Source of the DNA: a virus
Lineage: Duplodnaviria; Caudoviricetes
Length of the DNA: 32,419 nucleotides
Reading direction: 5' to 3' (one strand)
Virus record (IMG/VR): IMGVR_UViG_3300016265_000854
Span: 1-32,419 of that record
A model generated the notes under the pieces. It did not search any database and was not told the origin of the DNA. It saw only the letters and a list, made by a program, of their open reading frames with translations. Position 1 is the first letter of the stretch, and every line of letters begins with the position of its first letter. Shown piece by piece: positions 1 through 8,981 of the stretch. Both the position numbers and the translations under genes were made by a program.

Positions 1-2265
1 GCTGCCGGTGGCGCAGCGGCGGGCCTTGGCGCTGCCGGGGCGGCGGGTGGCACGGCTGCTGGCCTAGGGGCCGCTGGCGCGGCTGCGGCTGCCCCTGCGG
101 CGGCTGCGGGCGGCACTGGCTTCTTCGCATCCATCCTTCCGTTCCTGGGCCTCTCTGACGCTCGGGCGAAGGAAGACATTAGGCCGGTCGGCAAGACCTT
201 CGACGGGCAGACGGTTTATTCCTATCGGTACAAAGGTGAACCGGGCGTCCAGATGGGCCTGATGGCCCAGGAGGTCGAGCGCCGCCACCCCGATGCGGTC
301 GCGCATGACCATCGCGGTCTGAAGATGGTGAACTACGATCGCGCCACGGCGGACGCTGCGGAGCGCGGGAAGTTCTACGCGGGCGGCCTTGCTCGCTCGG
401 GTTATCAGGTTGGCGGTACGCCGACCGACGAGGAACTCCAGCAGCGGATCGAGGCCGACGCGCCGATCGGGTTTGGCTCGGCGGTTGAAAATGTTCTTGA
501 GCGGGAAGGCCGGGGTCTCGTTCCGGATGATGCGGGCCGTGGTCCGAGCAAGTTTGGCATCAACGCGCAGGCCAATCCCAACGTCGATATTCCCAACCTG
601 ACCGAACCCGAGGCCAGGCGCATTTATCGCGAAGAGTATTGGAACCCTGTAGTGAAGCCGGAGATGAACCCGGCCATGCAGAACATTGCCTTCGACACTG
701 CGGTCCTGATGGGTCAGCCCACGGCCCAGGGGCTTATTGCCCAGTCGGGCAATGACCCGGCCAAACTCCTCGATCTTCGGGATGAGAGGCTGCGGAAAAT
801 GGCCGAGAACCCTCGGCTGGCCCCGCACCTCGAGGGATGGTTGAACCGCAGCCAGGGACTTGCCAATCAATTCCAGCTTGCCCGCGAGGCGAATGCCTCT
901 CCGACTGCGCTGCCCAGCTTTGTGCAGCCGGAGCAGGAGCGGGCCGGCCTAAATCGAGCAGACCTACAGGCGTTCCTTTCCGGAGGGGAGCGCGGAGCGG
1001 CCCCGGGCGAAGAGAGGGATTTCTTCGATCGCGCCGGGGACTGGTTCCAGCGGAACAAGATGTGGATCATCCCCACGGCTAAGGGCCTCGCCACTATGGC
1101 GTCGTCCCCCAGCCGGTATCTTGGCTCGGCTATCCTCCAGGGCGTTGGCGGCGGTGCCCAGGCGTACCAGGATCTGCTCGAGTCCGAGGCTGGCCTTAAT
1201 CAGATCTACGCCGGCATCGCCAAGGGCGCTCTTCCGAAGGAACTGCTGCCGGGCTACCGCTACGTCAATGGCCGCTATGTCCCGATGGCTGGTTTTGAGG
1301 CTATGGGCGATGTCGGGAACATTGAGACTGACCCTCGTCGGGCCAGGGATACGTCTATGGGAGAAGCGCCGGCCCCGAGCGTTGCGGGCGCGGCCATTGA
1401 GGGCGTCACGGGTGAGGGCGAGGGTCCGTTTACGGGCGGCGGTCGTCCCGAGGGCAGCCTGATCGACCCCCAGATTGAAAGGCTTGCTGACCAGAACATC
1501 GAAAACCTCAAGTTTACGATGGGCCAGGAAGAGCCGGATTATCAGACCGGTCCTATGGCTGCGGCGGCAGAAGCCCAGAACCAGCGCCAGAACCTTCTGA
1601 CCTTTGCCAAAGTCACGTCCCGCATCCCGCAGGAAAGCTTCTTCCTGCAAACCGGCGCGGGTGGAGAGGCTCTTAGGCAGGGCGCGGCAGTCCTGAACAG
1701 CTTCTTCGGTCGCACTAGCGGCATGCCGGTAGTCAGGCCCGAAGACCTGGCGAATGCCGAAGAGTTCAGGAAGATCATGGCGCAGATGAACGCTGCCGCC
1801 ACCAGGGCCAATGACATGACGGCCCTGGCTGCGCTGGGGCAAATGGCCGAAGGCTACCCGAGTTACGGCAATTCCCCCCAGGCCCTGCCGATGCTTGTCG
1901 CTGATCTGATGGTCGGCAACCAAAAGAGCATCGACCAGGGGGCTCTTTTCCAGCAGTACCGTGATTTCGTAACCCAGAAATACGGGAACGTCGGACGGTT
2001 CTTGGCCCCGAAGATTGGCCGAGATCTGGATAAGGAGTTCAACCGCGTCTTCTCGCCGGGTCAGTACATGGAAGAGAGGGATGCCCTGATTAAGGCGCTT
2101 TCCAATACCGCCGGTACCGATCCTTCGACGGGCGAGCCAATCTCCTATGCCGAATTTATCATGAAGCACGGCAACAGGCTTAACCCGCAGAAACGTGCGG
2201 AGATTGAAAAACTGCTTGGTTCGCCCAGTGGTGCCCGGAGTGTCTTCCGCTACTTTGGCGTCTAA
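1..2265 (+). CDS. Virion ejection/DNA-transfer protein (5'-truncated) with Ala/Gly-rich segment, internal peptidase S74 chaperone domain and GH108-type lysozyme domain
   Basis: Frame 1 is open from base 1. It reads AAGGAAAGLG...FFASILPFLGL-SDARAKEDIRPVGKTFDGQTVYSYRYKG...GLMAQEVE..HPDAV (S74 SDxRxK and G(L/F)xAQEV motifs), then VLEREGRG..DDAGRGPSKFGI...IYREEYW...AFDTAV...GWLNR (GH108 with peptidoglycan-binding signature). The track's ATG at 253 lies inside the S74 domain. Confidence 0.8.
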   Translation, partial: AAGGAAAGLGAAGAAGGTAAGLGAAGAAAAAPAAAAGGTGFFASILPFLGLSDARAKEDIRPVGKTFDGQTVYSYRYKGEPGVQMGLMAQEVERRHPDAVAHDHRGLKMVNYDRATADAAERGKFYAGGLARSGYQVGGTPTDEELQQRIEADAPIGFGSAVENVLEREGRGLVPDDAGRGPSKFGINAQANPNVDIPNLTEPEARRIYREEYWNPVVKPEMNPAMQNIAFDTAVLMGQPTAQGLIAQSGNDPAKLLDLRDERLRKMAENPRLAPHLEGWLNRSQGLANQFQLAREANASPTALPSFVQPEQERAGLNRADLQAFLSGGERGAAPGEERDFFDRAGDWFQRNKMWIIPTAKGLATMASSPSRYLGSAILQGVGGGAQAYQDLLESEAGLNQIYAGIAKGALPKELLPGYRYVNGRYVPMAGFEAMGDVGNIETDPRRARDTSMGEAPAPSVAGAAIEGVTGEGEGPFTGGGRPEGSLIDPQIERLADQNIENLKFTMGQEEPDYQTGPMAAAAEAQNQRQNLLTFAKVTSRIPQESFFLQTGAGGEALRQGAAVLNSFFGRTSGMPVVRPEDLANAEEFRKIMAQMNAAATRANDMTALAALGQMAEGYPSYGNSPQALPMLVADLMVGNQKSIDQGALFQQYRDFVTQKYGNVGRFLAPKIGRDLDKEFNRVFSPGQYMEERDALIKALSNTAGTDPSTGEPISYAEFIMKHGNRLNPQKRAEIEKLLGSPSGARSVFRYFGV

Positions 2266-2274
2266 GGAGCCATC

Positions 2275-4791
2275 ATGGCCGCGTTCGATCCCAACGAGAT
2301 GCAGCTTATTCCGCCTCGCGGCCCGGAAACCCGGAAGCAGCCGCCAGGAACGGCGATGCCGAGCGTCCCGACGTTCGACAAGGCGGCTCCCGAAGCGGAT
2401 CCGAACAAGATGGTTCTTTCCCCGCCAGGTTCTGGGGGAGAGACGAACAGGCCGAAGCCTGCGGTGAGCCCGGCCCTCGATTTTGGCCGCCAACTTCTCC
2501 AGGGATCCGCCAGGGGCGCTCAAGTCTTGCACCTTCCGCGTTCGCTGGCCTCTCTGGAAAGCGTGGCTGTCGCGGATTTCCCGGCACTCCTCAGAAACCT
2601 GGATGTCTGGGAGGCCAAGGCCAAGGGGACCATTTCCCCGGCCAAAGCGGAAAGCATTCGGCAGTCCTATTACGAACTGCCCGTGGTCGCTGCCGCCAGG
2701 CGGAAGGGCTATTTGCCGCCCCTGACGCCAGAGCAGAGCGCCGGCCTCCGCAGCCCCATTTTCAACGCTCTCACGCTTAAGGGAGAAGAAGAGCGCCTCG
2801 CCCAGGCGGCAAAGGAAGGCAAGGTCGGTCTTTTCGGCGAGTTCAAGCCGGAAGGCAGGGCGGGCACGATTGGCGGCGCTATCGGCGAGTCCATTGTCCC
2901 TTCTGCCATTGGCCCCGCTCGAGGCTTGGCGAGCCGCGTCATTGCTGGCGGCGCCGGCGCGGGCGCTGGGAAGTTCATTGAGGAGCAGTACCCTGGCAAC
3001 GCCTGGGCTCCCATCATCGCGACCCTCGGCGGGGGTTACTTGGCGGAAAAAACGCTCGTTCCGGCAATGGCCGCTACGGGTCGTATTTTTGCGCCCGGGA
3101 CGACAGCCGAGCGCGAATTGATTTCGGCCATTAGCGTTGACCTGGCAAACAACCCGGCCCTTCGCGAAAAGGCCCTGGCGGCCAGGCAAAGCGGGACACC
3201 CCTCCAGCTTCTGGATGTTATGGGGCCTCGAGCGCAGGAACTTTTCAGAAAGAAGGGTTTCGCCGACGCTGACATTCAAAACATTATTGATAGGACCAAG
3301 CCACAATTGGAGGCCAGGGCCAACCAGGGGCCGACCCGGGCGGTCGATTTTATGACGAGCCGGTATGGTGTCCAAAACGCTGGCGAATTGACAGACCTCG
3401 CCAAAGAGGCCGGCAGGCTGGAGCGCACCCGCGTTTATGATTACGCCAGGAACCAGGCGGCGGGTATCCCTATTAGCCTGGGGGATCTCGATCCTTCTTT
3501 GATCAGGAGGCCCGTTTTTAAGCAGGCGATGGATCAGGCGAATATCGTGTCTGACAACATGCCCCAGTACGGCATGTTGGTCCCTGCCCCTTACCGCCAG
3601 CATATCTACCCGAGCGGTCGCGTCATCACCGGGCGGTCGAACCTTCAGTATATGGATCAGGTGAAGCGCGAACTCGAGGCGATAGCGAGGGCGGATCCGT
3701 CGCAGGCTGTAGCGGCTATGGATGCCAGGGACACCCTTCTCAAGACCCTCGACAGCAAATTCCCCGATTACCCCGTGGCCCGAGGCGTTGCGAGCGCGAC
3801 TTTTGCCGCCCAAAACGCGCCGGAGGCGGGGCTTAATTTCTACAAAAAGGCCGATCAATTTGCCGTTAACGACATAAAGAAGGCCATCTCCAGTTATGGC
3901 CCCGACCAGGCGGATCTTTTCGCACGGGGCTTCATGACCGGCGTGACCGCTGACATGGCTAAAGGCAATTTCAAAGGTCTTTATACAAACTTCTTCAGAA
4001 ACCCGGATTTCCAGGAGCGGGCGATGCTCGCGCTTGGCCCTCAACGGTACAATGAAATTGCGGGCAAAGTTGCGGCTGAACAACTCCTTCTGACGAGCGG
4101 CGTCCCAAATTTGAACCCCACTGGGTACGTCCAGAACATGGCTAAGATCGGCGGCTTTACTGGCGTTGGGTCGATGGCCCTCGACTCGCTTATGAACATG
4201 GCAATGTTCAGCGGCAACCCGATCGAAATGCAGAAAGCGCTTGGGGCGGCGGTGGCGGGCGCGTTTGCGGGGGCGCTTAAAACTAAGGGCGATCAGGCCG
4301 TGGGCAGGGAACTTGTCCGCCTGGCATTGTCCGATAGCGCCGGCTCGCGTGAACAACTGGCAAAGCTTCTTTCCCAGTCGTCTATTCGGCGCACCTATGA
4401 ACAAATGATGGCTTATCGGACGCCTGCGACGGCCTATCTCACCCAGGCCGCAGGGCGAGCCATCGAGGGCGGCGGAAACCAGTACCCTGATTATGAAGAG
4501 GCGCAGCGTCGGGCCAAAGCAGGCCCGGAGGGGAGAGCCGATGAGGCGATCAACGAAGCGGTTCGCCAGGGTGTGCGTGAACTTCTTGGGATGCCTCGGT
4601 TCACTGGTGGCCGCGTCGGTCGCGCCGCCGGCGGGCGCATTGGGAGCATAAACCACGCAGCCAAGGCCGCCGCCCTGGTTCGTAGGGCCGAACAGGCGAA
4701 GCGCCAGCACAGCAGCCAGACCGAGGGCATCCTCGATCAGCCGGATACGGTGGTTGCGAAAGCCCTGGCGAAGGCGAACGACGCGATTTAG
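2275..4791 (+). CDS. Large Ala/Gly-rich virion ejection (DNA transfer) protein, 838 aa
   Basis: TAAGGAG RBS. Pro-rich N-terminus and Gly/Ala-rich hydrophobic helices. Last gene of the rightward structural block, as P22-like ejection genes usually are. The C-terminal tail carries RFTGGRV/RAAGGRI motifs. Function inferred from position and composition. Confidence 0.6.
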   Translation: MAAFDPNEMQLIPPRGPETRKQPPGTAMPSVPTFDKAAPEADPNKMVLSPPGSGGETNRPKPAVSPALDFGRQLLQGSARGAQVLHLPRSLASLESVAVADFPALLRNLDVWEAKAKGTISPAKAESIRQSYYELPVVAAARRKGYLPPLTPEQSAGLRSPIFNALTLKGEEERLAQAAKEGKVGLFGEFKPEGRAGTIGGAIGESIVPSAIGPARGLASRVIAGGAGAGAGKFIEEQYPGNAWAPIIATLGGGYLAEKTLVPAMAATGRIFAPGTTAERELISAISVDLANNPALREKALAARQSGTPLQLLDVMGPRAQELFRKKGFADADIQNIIDRTKPQLEARANQGPTRAVDFMTSRYGVQNAGELTDLAKEAGRLERTRVYDYARNQAAGIPISLGDLDPSLIRRPVFKQAMDQANIVSDNMPQYGMLVPAPYRQHIYPSGRVITGRSNLQYMDQVKRELEAIARADPSQAVAAMDARDTLLKTLDSKFPDYPVARGVASATFAAQNAPEAGLNFYKKADQFAVNDIKKAISSYGPDQADLFARGFMTGVTADMAKGNFKGLYTNFFRNPDFQERAMLALGPQRYNEIAGKVAAEQLLLTSGVPNLNPTGYVQNMAKIGGFTGVGSMALDSLMNMAMFSGNPIEMQKALGAAVAGAFAGALKTKGDQAVGRELVRLALSDSAGSREQLAKLLSQSSIRRTYEQMMAYRTPATAYLTQAAGRAIEGGGNQYPDYEEAQRRAKAGPEGRADEAINEAVRQGVRELLGMPRFTGGRVGRAAGGRIGSINHAAKAAALVRRAEQAKRQHSSQTEGILDQPDTVVAKALAKANDAI

Positions 4792-5042
4792 TCGAAGTCG
4801 ATGTGAACGACGGCTTTGCCGATGGCCGAGGTGTTCAGGATGATGTCACCTCGGTCTTCCCACACCGTGGTGTTCGACATCGGATCCTTGCCCTTCCGGT
4901 AGAACTGCCGGCAGATGATGAAGTCGTTTTCGGACAGTTCGTCCAGGAGTTCCTCGAGGGAATTGGCGGGGTGATCGCACGTAATCTGGTGGACAAGGTT
5001 ATTGCTGGCGCTGCCCATATTCATCGTAATGATAAAACGCAC
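4788..5042 (-). CDS. Hypothetical phage protein, 84 aa
   Basis: GGAG RBS upstream, globular-looking sequence, stop overlaps the stop of the convergent gene. Confidence 0.75.
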   Translation of the reverse strand: MRFIITMNMGSASNNLVHQITCDHPANSLEELLDELSENDFIICRQFYRKGKDPMSNTTVWEDRGDIILNTSAIGKAVVHIDFD

Positions 5043-5069
5043 CGATCTACTCCAATCTCATAGCCTCGC

Positions 5070-5267
5070 TTATCTATCCCCCGGATCAATCTGCACTATT
5101 CTGGCCCCGGCAGCAAACAGCCTTTCGGCCTTGTCGATCGCCCAACCGGGCGTCGGCGCAAAAAGGTGGCTGTCTGCCGTATCCCAGCCGATCCCTGGCG
5201 GATGAACCTCGACCCAGGGTTCGTGCATGATGCGAGCCATGTACATGATCTGCTGTTCTTTGGTCAT
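5070..5267 (-). CDS. Hypothetical protein (MTKEQQIMYMAR...)
   Basis: ATGA overlap with the upstream ORF stop at 5264-5267. Confidence 0.6.
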   Translation of the reverse strand: MTKEQQIMYMARIMHEPWVEVHPPGIGWDTADSHLFAPTPGWAIDKAERLFAAGARIVQIDPGDR

Positions 5268-5470
5268 GGCACTTCGGCGGCGGTCAGCCCCTCCCATGTT
5301 CGGGCGACCATATAAACCACGTCGTCATACCCAAGGAAATTGTTGGCGCTCCGAGGCCCGGGCGTCACGCCAATCGAGAGGGCGATGCCAGCCGGCGTCA
5401 TGCCCTGGTCTTTGCACCAGACGACGTGCTCGAGGGCGACCCCCATAGAATACTCATGAACGTCGATCAT
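5264..5470 (-). CDS. Hypothetical protein, 68 aa (MIDVHEYSMG...)
   Basis: GGAG RBS and ATGA coupling at both ends. It is the C-terminal part of track ORF 5264..5833. Confidence 0.6.
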   Translation of the reverse strand: MIDVHEYSMGVALEHVVWCKDQGMTPAGIALSIGVTPGPRSANNFLGYDDVVYMVARTWEGLTAAEVP

Positions 5471-5583
5471 AGCTTCTCCCGGGCCGCAAATTTCATCAGG
5501 ACCAACTCTTCCCAGGTGGGTTCGGGATCCGCGCCCAGGGTGCTCGGGGTCACCAGGGCGATCAGGATGACGAGGAGACGCAA
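5467..5583 (-). CDS. Small protein with signal-peptide-like N-terminus, 38 aa (MRLLVILIALVTPSTLGADPEPTWEELVLMKFAAREKL)
   Basis: GAGGAGG RBS before a TTG start. Its stop overlaps the next ATG (ATGA) and it fills the operon gap. Not in the ORF track. Confidence 0.5.
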   Translation of the reverse strand: MRLLVILIALVTPSTLGADPEPTWEELVLMKFAAREKL

Positions 5584-5612
5584 TCGCCGCCTCCTCGCCG
5601 CCCTCCGGCGTC

Positions 5613-5837
5613 TTACTTGACGCGCCACGTCCTGATTTCCTCGCCCATAATCCGGGTGGTGAACTGCTTGGTGTTGTTCGGATCCCGGTAAAGGCGGGCG
5701 ATCGTCGTGCGGATCGTCGCGGCCCGCTCCTTCGGGACGACGAAACTATCGCCCGGCTCGAGCGCCCGGAGGGTGGCCGAATAATCGCCGCCCGTGGCGA
5801 GTTCGGGGAGCGGAACGTCTTTCTCGATCTCAAACAT
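5613..5837 (-). CDS. Small phage protein, putative DNA-binding, 74 aa
   Basis: MFEIEKDVPLP...LEPGDSFVV...IRTWRVK pattern typical of a widespread small phage family. GAGG RBS. Confidence 0.7.
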   Translation of the reverse strand: MFEIEKDVPLPELATGGDYSATLRALEPGDSFVVPKERAATIRTTIARLYRDPNNTKQFTTRIMGEEIRTWRVK

Positions 5838-5840
5838 GGG

Positions 5841-6161
5841 TCACCTCAAATTCATCTCGGCTCGCCGGTTGGCGGCCCTGGTTCTCCAAGCCTCGAAGCG
5901 GAGGCGGTAAATCTCGGCGTCAGCCTTAGCCAGGGTGGCCTCGAGTTTCGCCTTAATCGCGGCTTCCGCCGCAGCGATGTACCGCTCGTTGCACCTGGCC
6001 TGATGCTCAGCCTTCCCGATCGGCCCCTCCGAAGCCGAGACGATCGCCGAGAAGGTGGTCTTCTCGAGACGCTCGGCCCGAAGGGCTTCGATCTCTGCCC
6101 GGGCGGCCCGCTCGAAAGCCAGGCCCGCCTCGGTCAGGAAGGTGTCGATCGACTGCTCCAT
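5841..6161 (-). CDS. Coiled-coil protein of the recombination module (possibly UvsY-like mediator)
   Basis: All-helical and Ala-rich, C-terminal FEAWRTRAANRR. TAATG coupling to the SSB-like gene. Function is an inference. Confidence 0.6.
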   Translation of the reverse strand: MEQSIDTFLTEAGLAFERAARAEIEALRAERLEKTTFSAIVSASEGPIGKAEHQARCNERYIAAAEAAIKAKLEATLAKADAEIYRLRFEAWRTRAANRRAEMNLR

Positions 6162-6394
6162 TAGAAGGGCATGTCGTCATCCAGGTGCGCGTTGCTGCGG
6201 CTGCGCGGGGCATCGCCACGGTCGCGGGGCTCCTGGATGATCAGGTTGACGCTGCCGCGCTCGTCGGCCAGCGGGAGGCTGTCGAGCCATACCGAGATGC
6301 TCCCGTCGTCCTTGCGGACGGCGCTCCCGATGCGGTGCGGGTACTTCTTGTCCTTCCCCTGGCGGAAGGTAATCACGTCAAGACGCTGGCTCAT
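6161..6394 (-). CDS. Small single-stranded DNA-binding protein, 77 aa
   Basis: Beta-rich core (HRIGSAVRKDDGSISVWLDSLP) and acidic SSB-type tail LDDDMPF. Lies near ERF and YqaJ, AGGAG RBS. Confidence 0.75.
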   Translation of the reverse strand: MSQRLDVITFRQGKDKKYPHRIGSAVRKDDGSISVWLDSLPLADERGSVNLIIQEPRDRGDAPRSRSNAHLDDDMPF

Positions 6395-6555
6395 TTTCTT
6401 GTGCTCCTGATATAGCCCCAGATCATGGCCGGGGCCGCGATGATGAAGAAAGCCACTTTGATCAGCCCGGTGAAGGCCAGGATGACCACCGCCGCCATTA
6501 CGGCATAGATGACCATCACAAACCCCAGGGCATGCATGAGGGGGTTGTCCCTCAT
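6391..6555 (-). CDS. Small membrane protein, 54 aa (MRDNPLMHALGFVMVIYAVMAAVVILAFTGLIKVAFFIIAAPAMIWGYIRSTRK)
   Basis: ATGA overlaps at both ends and a long hydrophobic stretch. Not in the ORF track. Confidence 0.65.
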   Translation of the reverse strand: MRDNPLMHALGFVMVIYAVMAAVVILAFTGLIKVAFFIIAAPAMIWGYIRSTRK

Positions 6556-7172
6556 GGTTCTTGGGCGAGCATGTGCGCCCGCTTATTGGCCCGGTCCCGC
6601 AGGAAACTCGAGGCGGCATCGGGGAGGGCGGACAGGGTTTCGTCGGCGTTCTGCATGATCAACTGAAGCGCCTTGATGCTCGAGGCCCCGTCGATCTGCT
6701 CCTTCACCTTGTCAGCCTTGGCCTTCAGGTCAGGGGCGATCGCCGGCTTGGCGGCGGGGGCCGCCTGGGCGGCTTCGGTCTTCCGACCGGACGCGGCGTT
6801 GCCGTCGTCATCCTCCGGGGCGACACCGAGAACGGCCATCAGGGCATAGCGGCGGGCGTAGGTGATCGCCGAGCCGTAGCCTTGCGGGTCGTGCTTCACC
6901 GGGTTCAGCGGATAGTCGCCTTCCAGCCATTCCCCGGACGAATGCATCAGCCGGGTCGTGAGCCAGAACGTCGTCGGGTCGCTGTGGGGCATCTGAATGA
7001 CCGACAGGCCATGCTTCGTCATTGGTCCCCGGATGGCGTCCCAGACGCTCCCGAGATCGGCATAGCGCGAGCGGAAAGCCGGATTGGTCTTGTCCTTCAC
7101 CGCGCCCTCGATCTCCCATTGGGCCTTGGCGAGGGCTGCGGCGAGGGCCGCAATGCTTTCAGACGATCTCAT
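6552..7172 (-). CDS. erf: ERF-family single-strand annealing protein
   Basis: LAAALAKAQ...KDKTNPAFRSRYADL...TRLMHSSGEW...PQGYGSAITYARRYAL...EDDDGN are hallmark ERF motifs. AAGGAG RBS before ATG 7172. Confidence 0.92.
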   Translation of the reverse strand: MRSSESIAALAAALAKAQWEIEGAVKDKTNPAFRSRYADLGSVWDAIRGPMTKHGLSVIQMPHSDPTTFWLTTRLMHSSGEWLEGDYPLNPVKHDPQGYGSAITYARRYALMAVLGVAPEDDDGNAASGRKTEAAQAAPAAKPAIAPDLKAKADKVKEQIDGASSIKALQLIMQNADETLSALPDAASSFLRDRANKRAHMLAQEP

Positions 7173-7173
7173 A

Positions 7174-7944
7174 TCAATTCTCCTTGATGGAAAGCGCACC
7201 GGCCTTCGACCGGCTGATGATGATGCCGTGCCCGGCGGCCTGGATCACGTCGGGCTCGACCAGGGCCTTGAGCATCTTCTTGGCCTCTTCGTGCCGGCCA
7301 GCAGCGTCCTTGGTTTCCCGGTAGGACGCGGCGTAGCTGGCCCAGGTGTTGTTGCCGGTCATATCCTCGACCCGCTTCGGCACGACCGGGGCGGCGGACA
7401 CCATCGCGGCCCCCGGAGGCGTCTTGTTCTGGACGTGCGCCCAGAAGGTACGGCAGGCGTCGATCACCTCGGAGGCGTACATCCAGTCGTAAGCCACCTC
7501 GACCACCTCATGTTTGAGGGTGCCGATCAGGATGGACAGGTAGGCCCGCTCGAGTTCGGCGCACCACATCTGGACGTGTAGCTGGGCCGAATACCGGGCG
7601 ACGACCTCGTCGATCTTGGCGAATTGGTTGACGTGCTTGGCCTCGAAGACGGCAGTTCCGCCGGCTCCCGTGGCGACACCATCGAGGGTCGCGACGAGCC
7701 ATTCCTCTCCCGGCTTCGAGATCCGCTCCTGCTGCCGGGTGACGGCGAGGCCGGTCGTCTGCTCGAAATACCGGACGTTGAACGCCTCGGTGGCAATGCC
7801 GATCTGGACCGGGATCACCAGCGAGAGATCCTCGGCCTCACGCTGGCCCGTCTTGTAGAGCCAGAGGCTGTTGATCTGCTCGGGCGTCCCGTTGACCACG
7901 ATCGTGGCGTCGGATGCCCCCAGGGCGGCGCGGCGGTCGATCAT
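7174..7944 (-). CDS. YqaJ/lambda-exonuclease-like recombinase nuclease
   Basis: RRAALGASD...LWLYKTG...G..TE...ATLDG...FEAKH...YSAQLHVQM (PD-(D/E)xK, YqaJ pattern). Adjacent to ERF. Confidence 0.9.
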   Translation of the reverse strand: MIDRRAALGASDATIVVNGTPEQINSLWLYKTGQREAEDLSLVIPVQIGIATEAFNVRYFEQTTGLAVTRQQERISKPGEEWLVATLDGVATGAGGTAVFEAKHVNQFAKIDEVVARYSAQLHVQMWCAELERAYLSILIGTLKHEVVEVAYDWMYASEVIDACRTFWAHVQNKTPPGAAMVSAAPVVPKRVEDMTGNNTWASYAASYRETKDAAGRHEEAKKMLKALVEPDVIQAAGHGIIISRSKAGALSIKEN

Positions 7945-8129
7945 TTGCCGATCCTCCGATAAGGGGTCGCGTTCAGGATGTGAGACGCGATCATCCTCGA
8001 GGCGACCTCGTCGGACGTGTAGCGCGGCGGCCCGATCAGGCGGACGGTCGGCTCGGGCTTCGACGGGCGAAGCGCCTCGCGGACGCGCTGCCACCAGGTG
8101 GCCGGCGGCGGAACGTAAACGTCGCGCAT
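7941..8129 (-). CDS. Hypothetical protein, 62 aa
   Basis: GGAGG RBS and ATGA overlap with the exonuclease start. Confidence 0.6.
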   Translation of the reverse strand: MRDVYVPPPATWWQRVREALRPSKPEPTVRLIGPPRYTSDEVASRMIASHILNATPYRRIGK

Positions 8130-8131
8130 TA

Positions 8132-8311
8132 TCAGACCTCCACCTTCTGGGCCTGGGCGTCGAGCAGGGCGTTGATCCGATCGACCAGGGTGCGGGCCTC
8201 GTCAATCTCGAGGCAGATCGTGATGTCCCCGCCGGGGCGAATCCAGATGCCGTCCTCGTCGAGTTCGACCTTAACGGGGCCGTCAGTGAATTTGTGAGCC
8301 GAGATATACAT
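8132..8311 (-). CDS. Hypothetical protein, first gene of the leftward recombination operon
   Basis: TTGATGGAGAT RBS before ATG 8311, directly downstream of a sigma70-like promoter. Confidence 0.65.
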   Translation of the reverse strand: MYISAHKFTDGPVKVELDEDGIWIRPGGDITICLEIDEARTLVDRINALLDAQAQKVEV

Positions 8312-8345
8312 CGTCATCTCCATCAAGTGCGTATGTCGATGAACA

Positions 8346-8400
8346 AGCCTACGACACCATCAACCCCGATGCAACGGAAAAAATCAGAAAAAAATATCTT
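8346..8400 (-). promoter_or_regulatory. Leftward sigma70-type promoter with A/T-tract UP element
   Basis: Minus strand TTGCAT (8374-8369), 17 nt spacer, TAGGCT (8351-8346), preceded by T-tracts in an AT-rich island between divergent operons. Confidence 0.6.
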
Positions 8401-8465
8401 GATTTCAGCGGCGGCCCGTGGCTGACTTCCGAAGCAGATTTGATTTCAGTGCTAGAGGAAATCCC

Positions 8466-8981
8466 ATGACGCACACCCCCAGGAGACGAGCGGACATCAC
8501 CAGAGAGTCCCAGGAATTTGACGCTAACCTGTTGAATAGGCTTAAGGAACTGGCGCAGCAGCCGAAGCCGATCGGCAATTACGCGGCGATCGGGGAGCCC
8601 CTCCGCGCCAGCCGTAAGCGGGTCGCGTCGGGGATGGAGCGCCTCGAAAAGGCCGGCGCAGTCAAGATCCGCAATACGTCCGGAAACCGGACCATTTCGA
8701 TCGTCGGCACCGACCTGGTCGTCAGGGTGCGCCCCGCCTCGGGCTACCAGTGGACGACCAAGGGCACCATCACCAAGGCCAGGATGGACAGCGCCGCCAA
8801 CGGCAATATCCCGCCCGATGCCGCCGAAGCGATCGCCACCCTTCGTCGTCGCGGCTACATCGCCTATGCCGAGCGCGTGAGCGAGCGGGGCCTGGCGCTC
8901 ACCGGGCTCTTCATTGTCGGTCGCCGGTCGGTCGATCTCGAGGAACTGCTCGAGATGGCTGGCGTCCAAAGGGCCGCGTGA
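8466..8981 (+). CDS. Winged-helix DNA-binding protein
   Basis: YAAIGEPLRASRKRVASGMERLEKAGAVKI fits a wHTH pattern. GAGG RBS. Confidence 0.65.
   Translation: MTHTPRRRADITRESQEFDANLLNRLKELAQQPKPIGNYAAIGEPLRASRKRVASGMERLEKAGAVKIRNTSGNRTISIVGTDLVVRVRPASGYQWTTKGTITKARMDSAANGNIPPDAAEAIATLRRRGYIAYAERVSERGLALTGLFIVGRRSVDLEELLEMAGVQRAA

Noticed and set aside
1-120. GCN/GGN-rich repetitive DNA at the window start
   Set aside because: It is explained by an Ala/Gly-rich coding segment and is not a tandem repeat or CRISPR array.
2263-2277. Possible read-through fusion of the two in-frame ejection genes
   Set aside because: The stop is TAA and it is followed by a good AGGAG RBS and ATG, so independent initiation explains the layout.
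964-4710. 1248-aa antisense ORF
   Set aside because: It is the shadow of two same-frame GC-rich sense genes. The translation is Arg/Leu/His-rich with no motifs, and the sense genes have RBSs and coherent domains.
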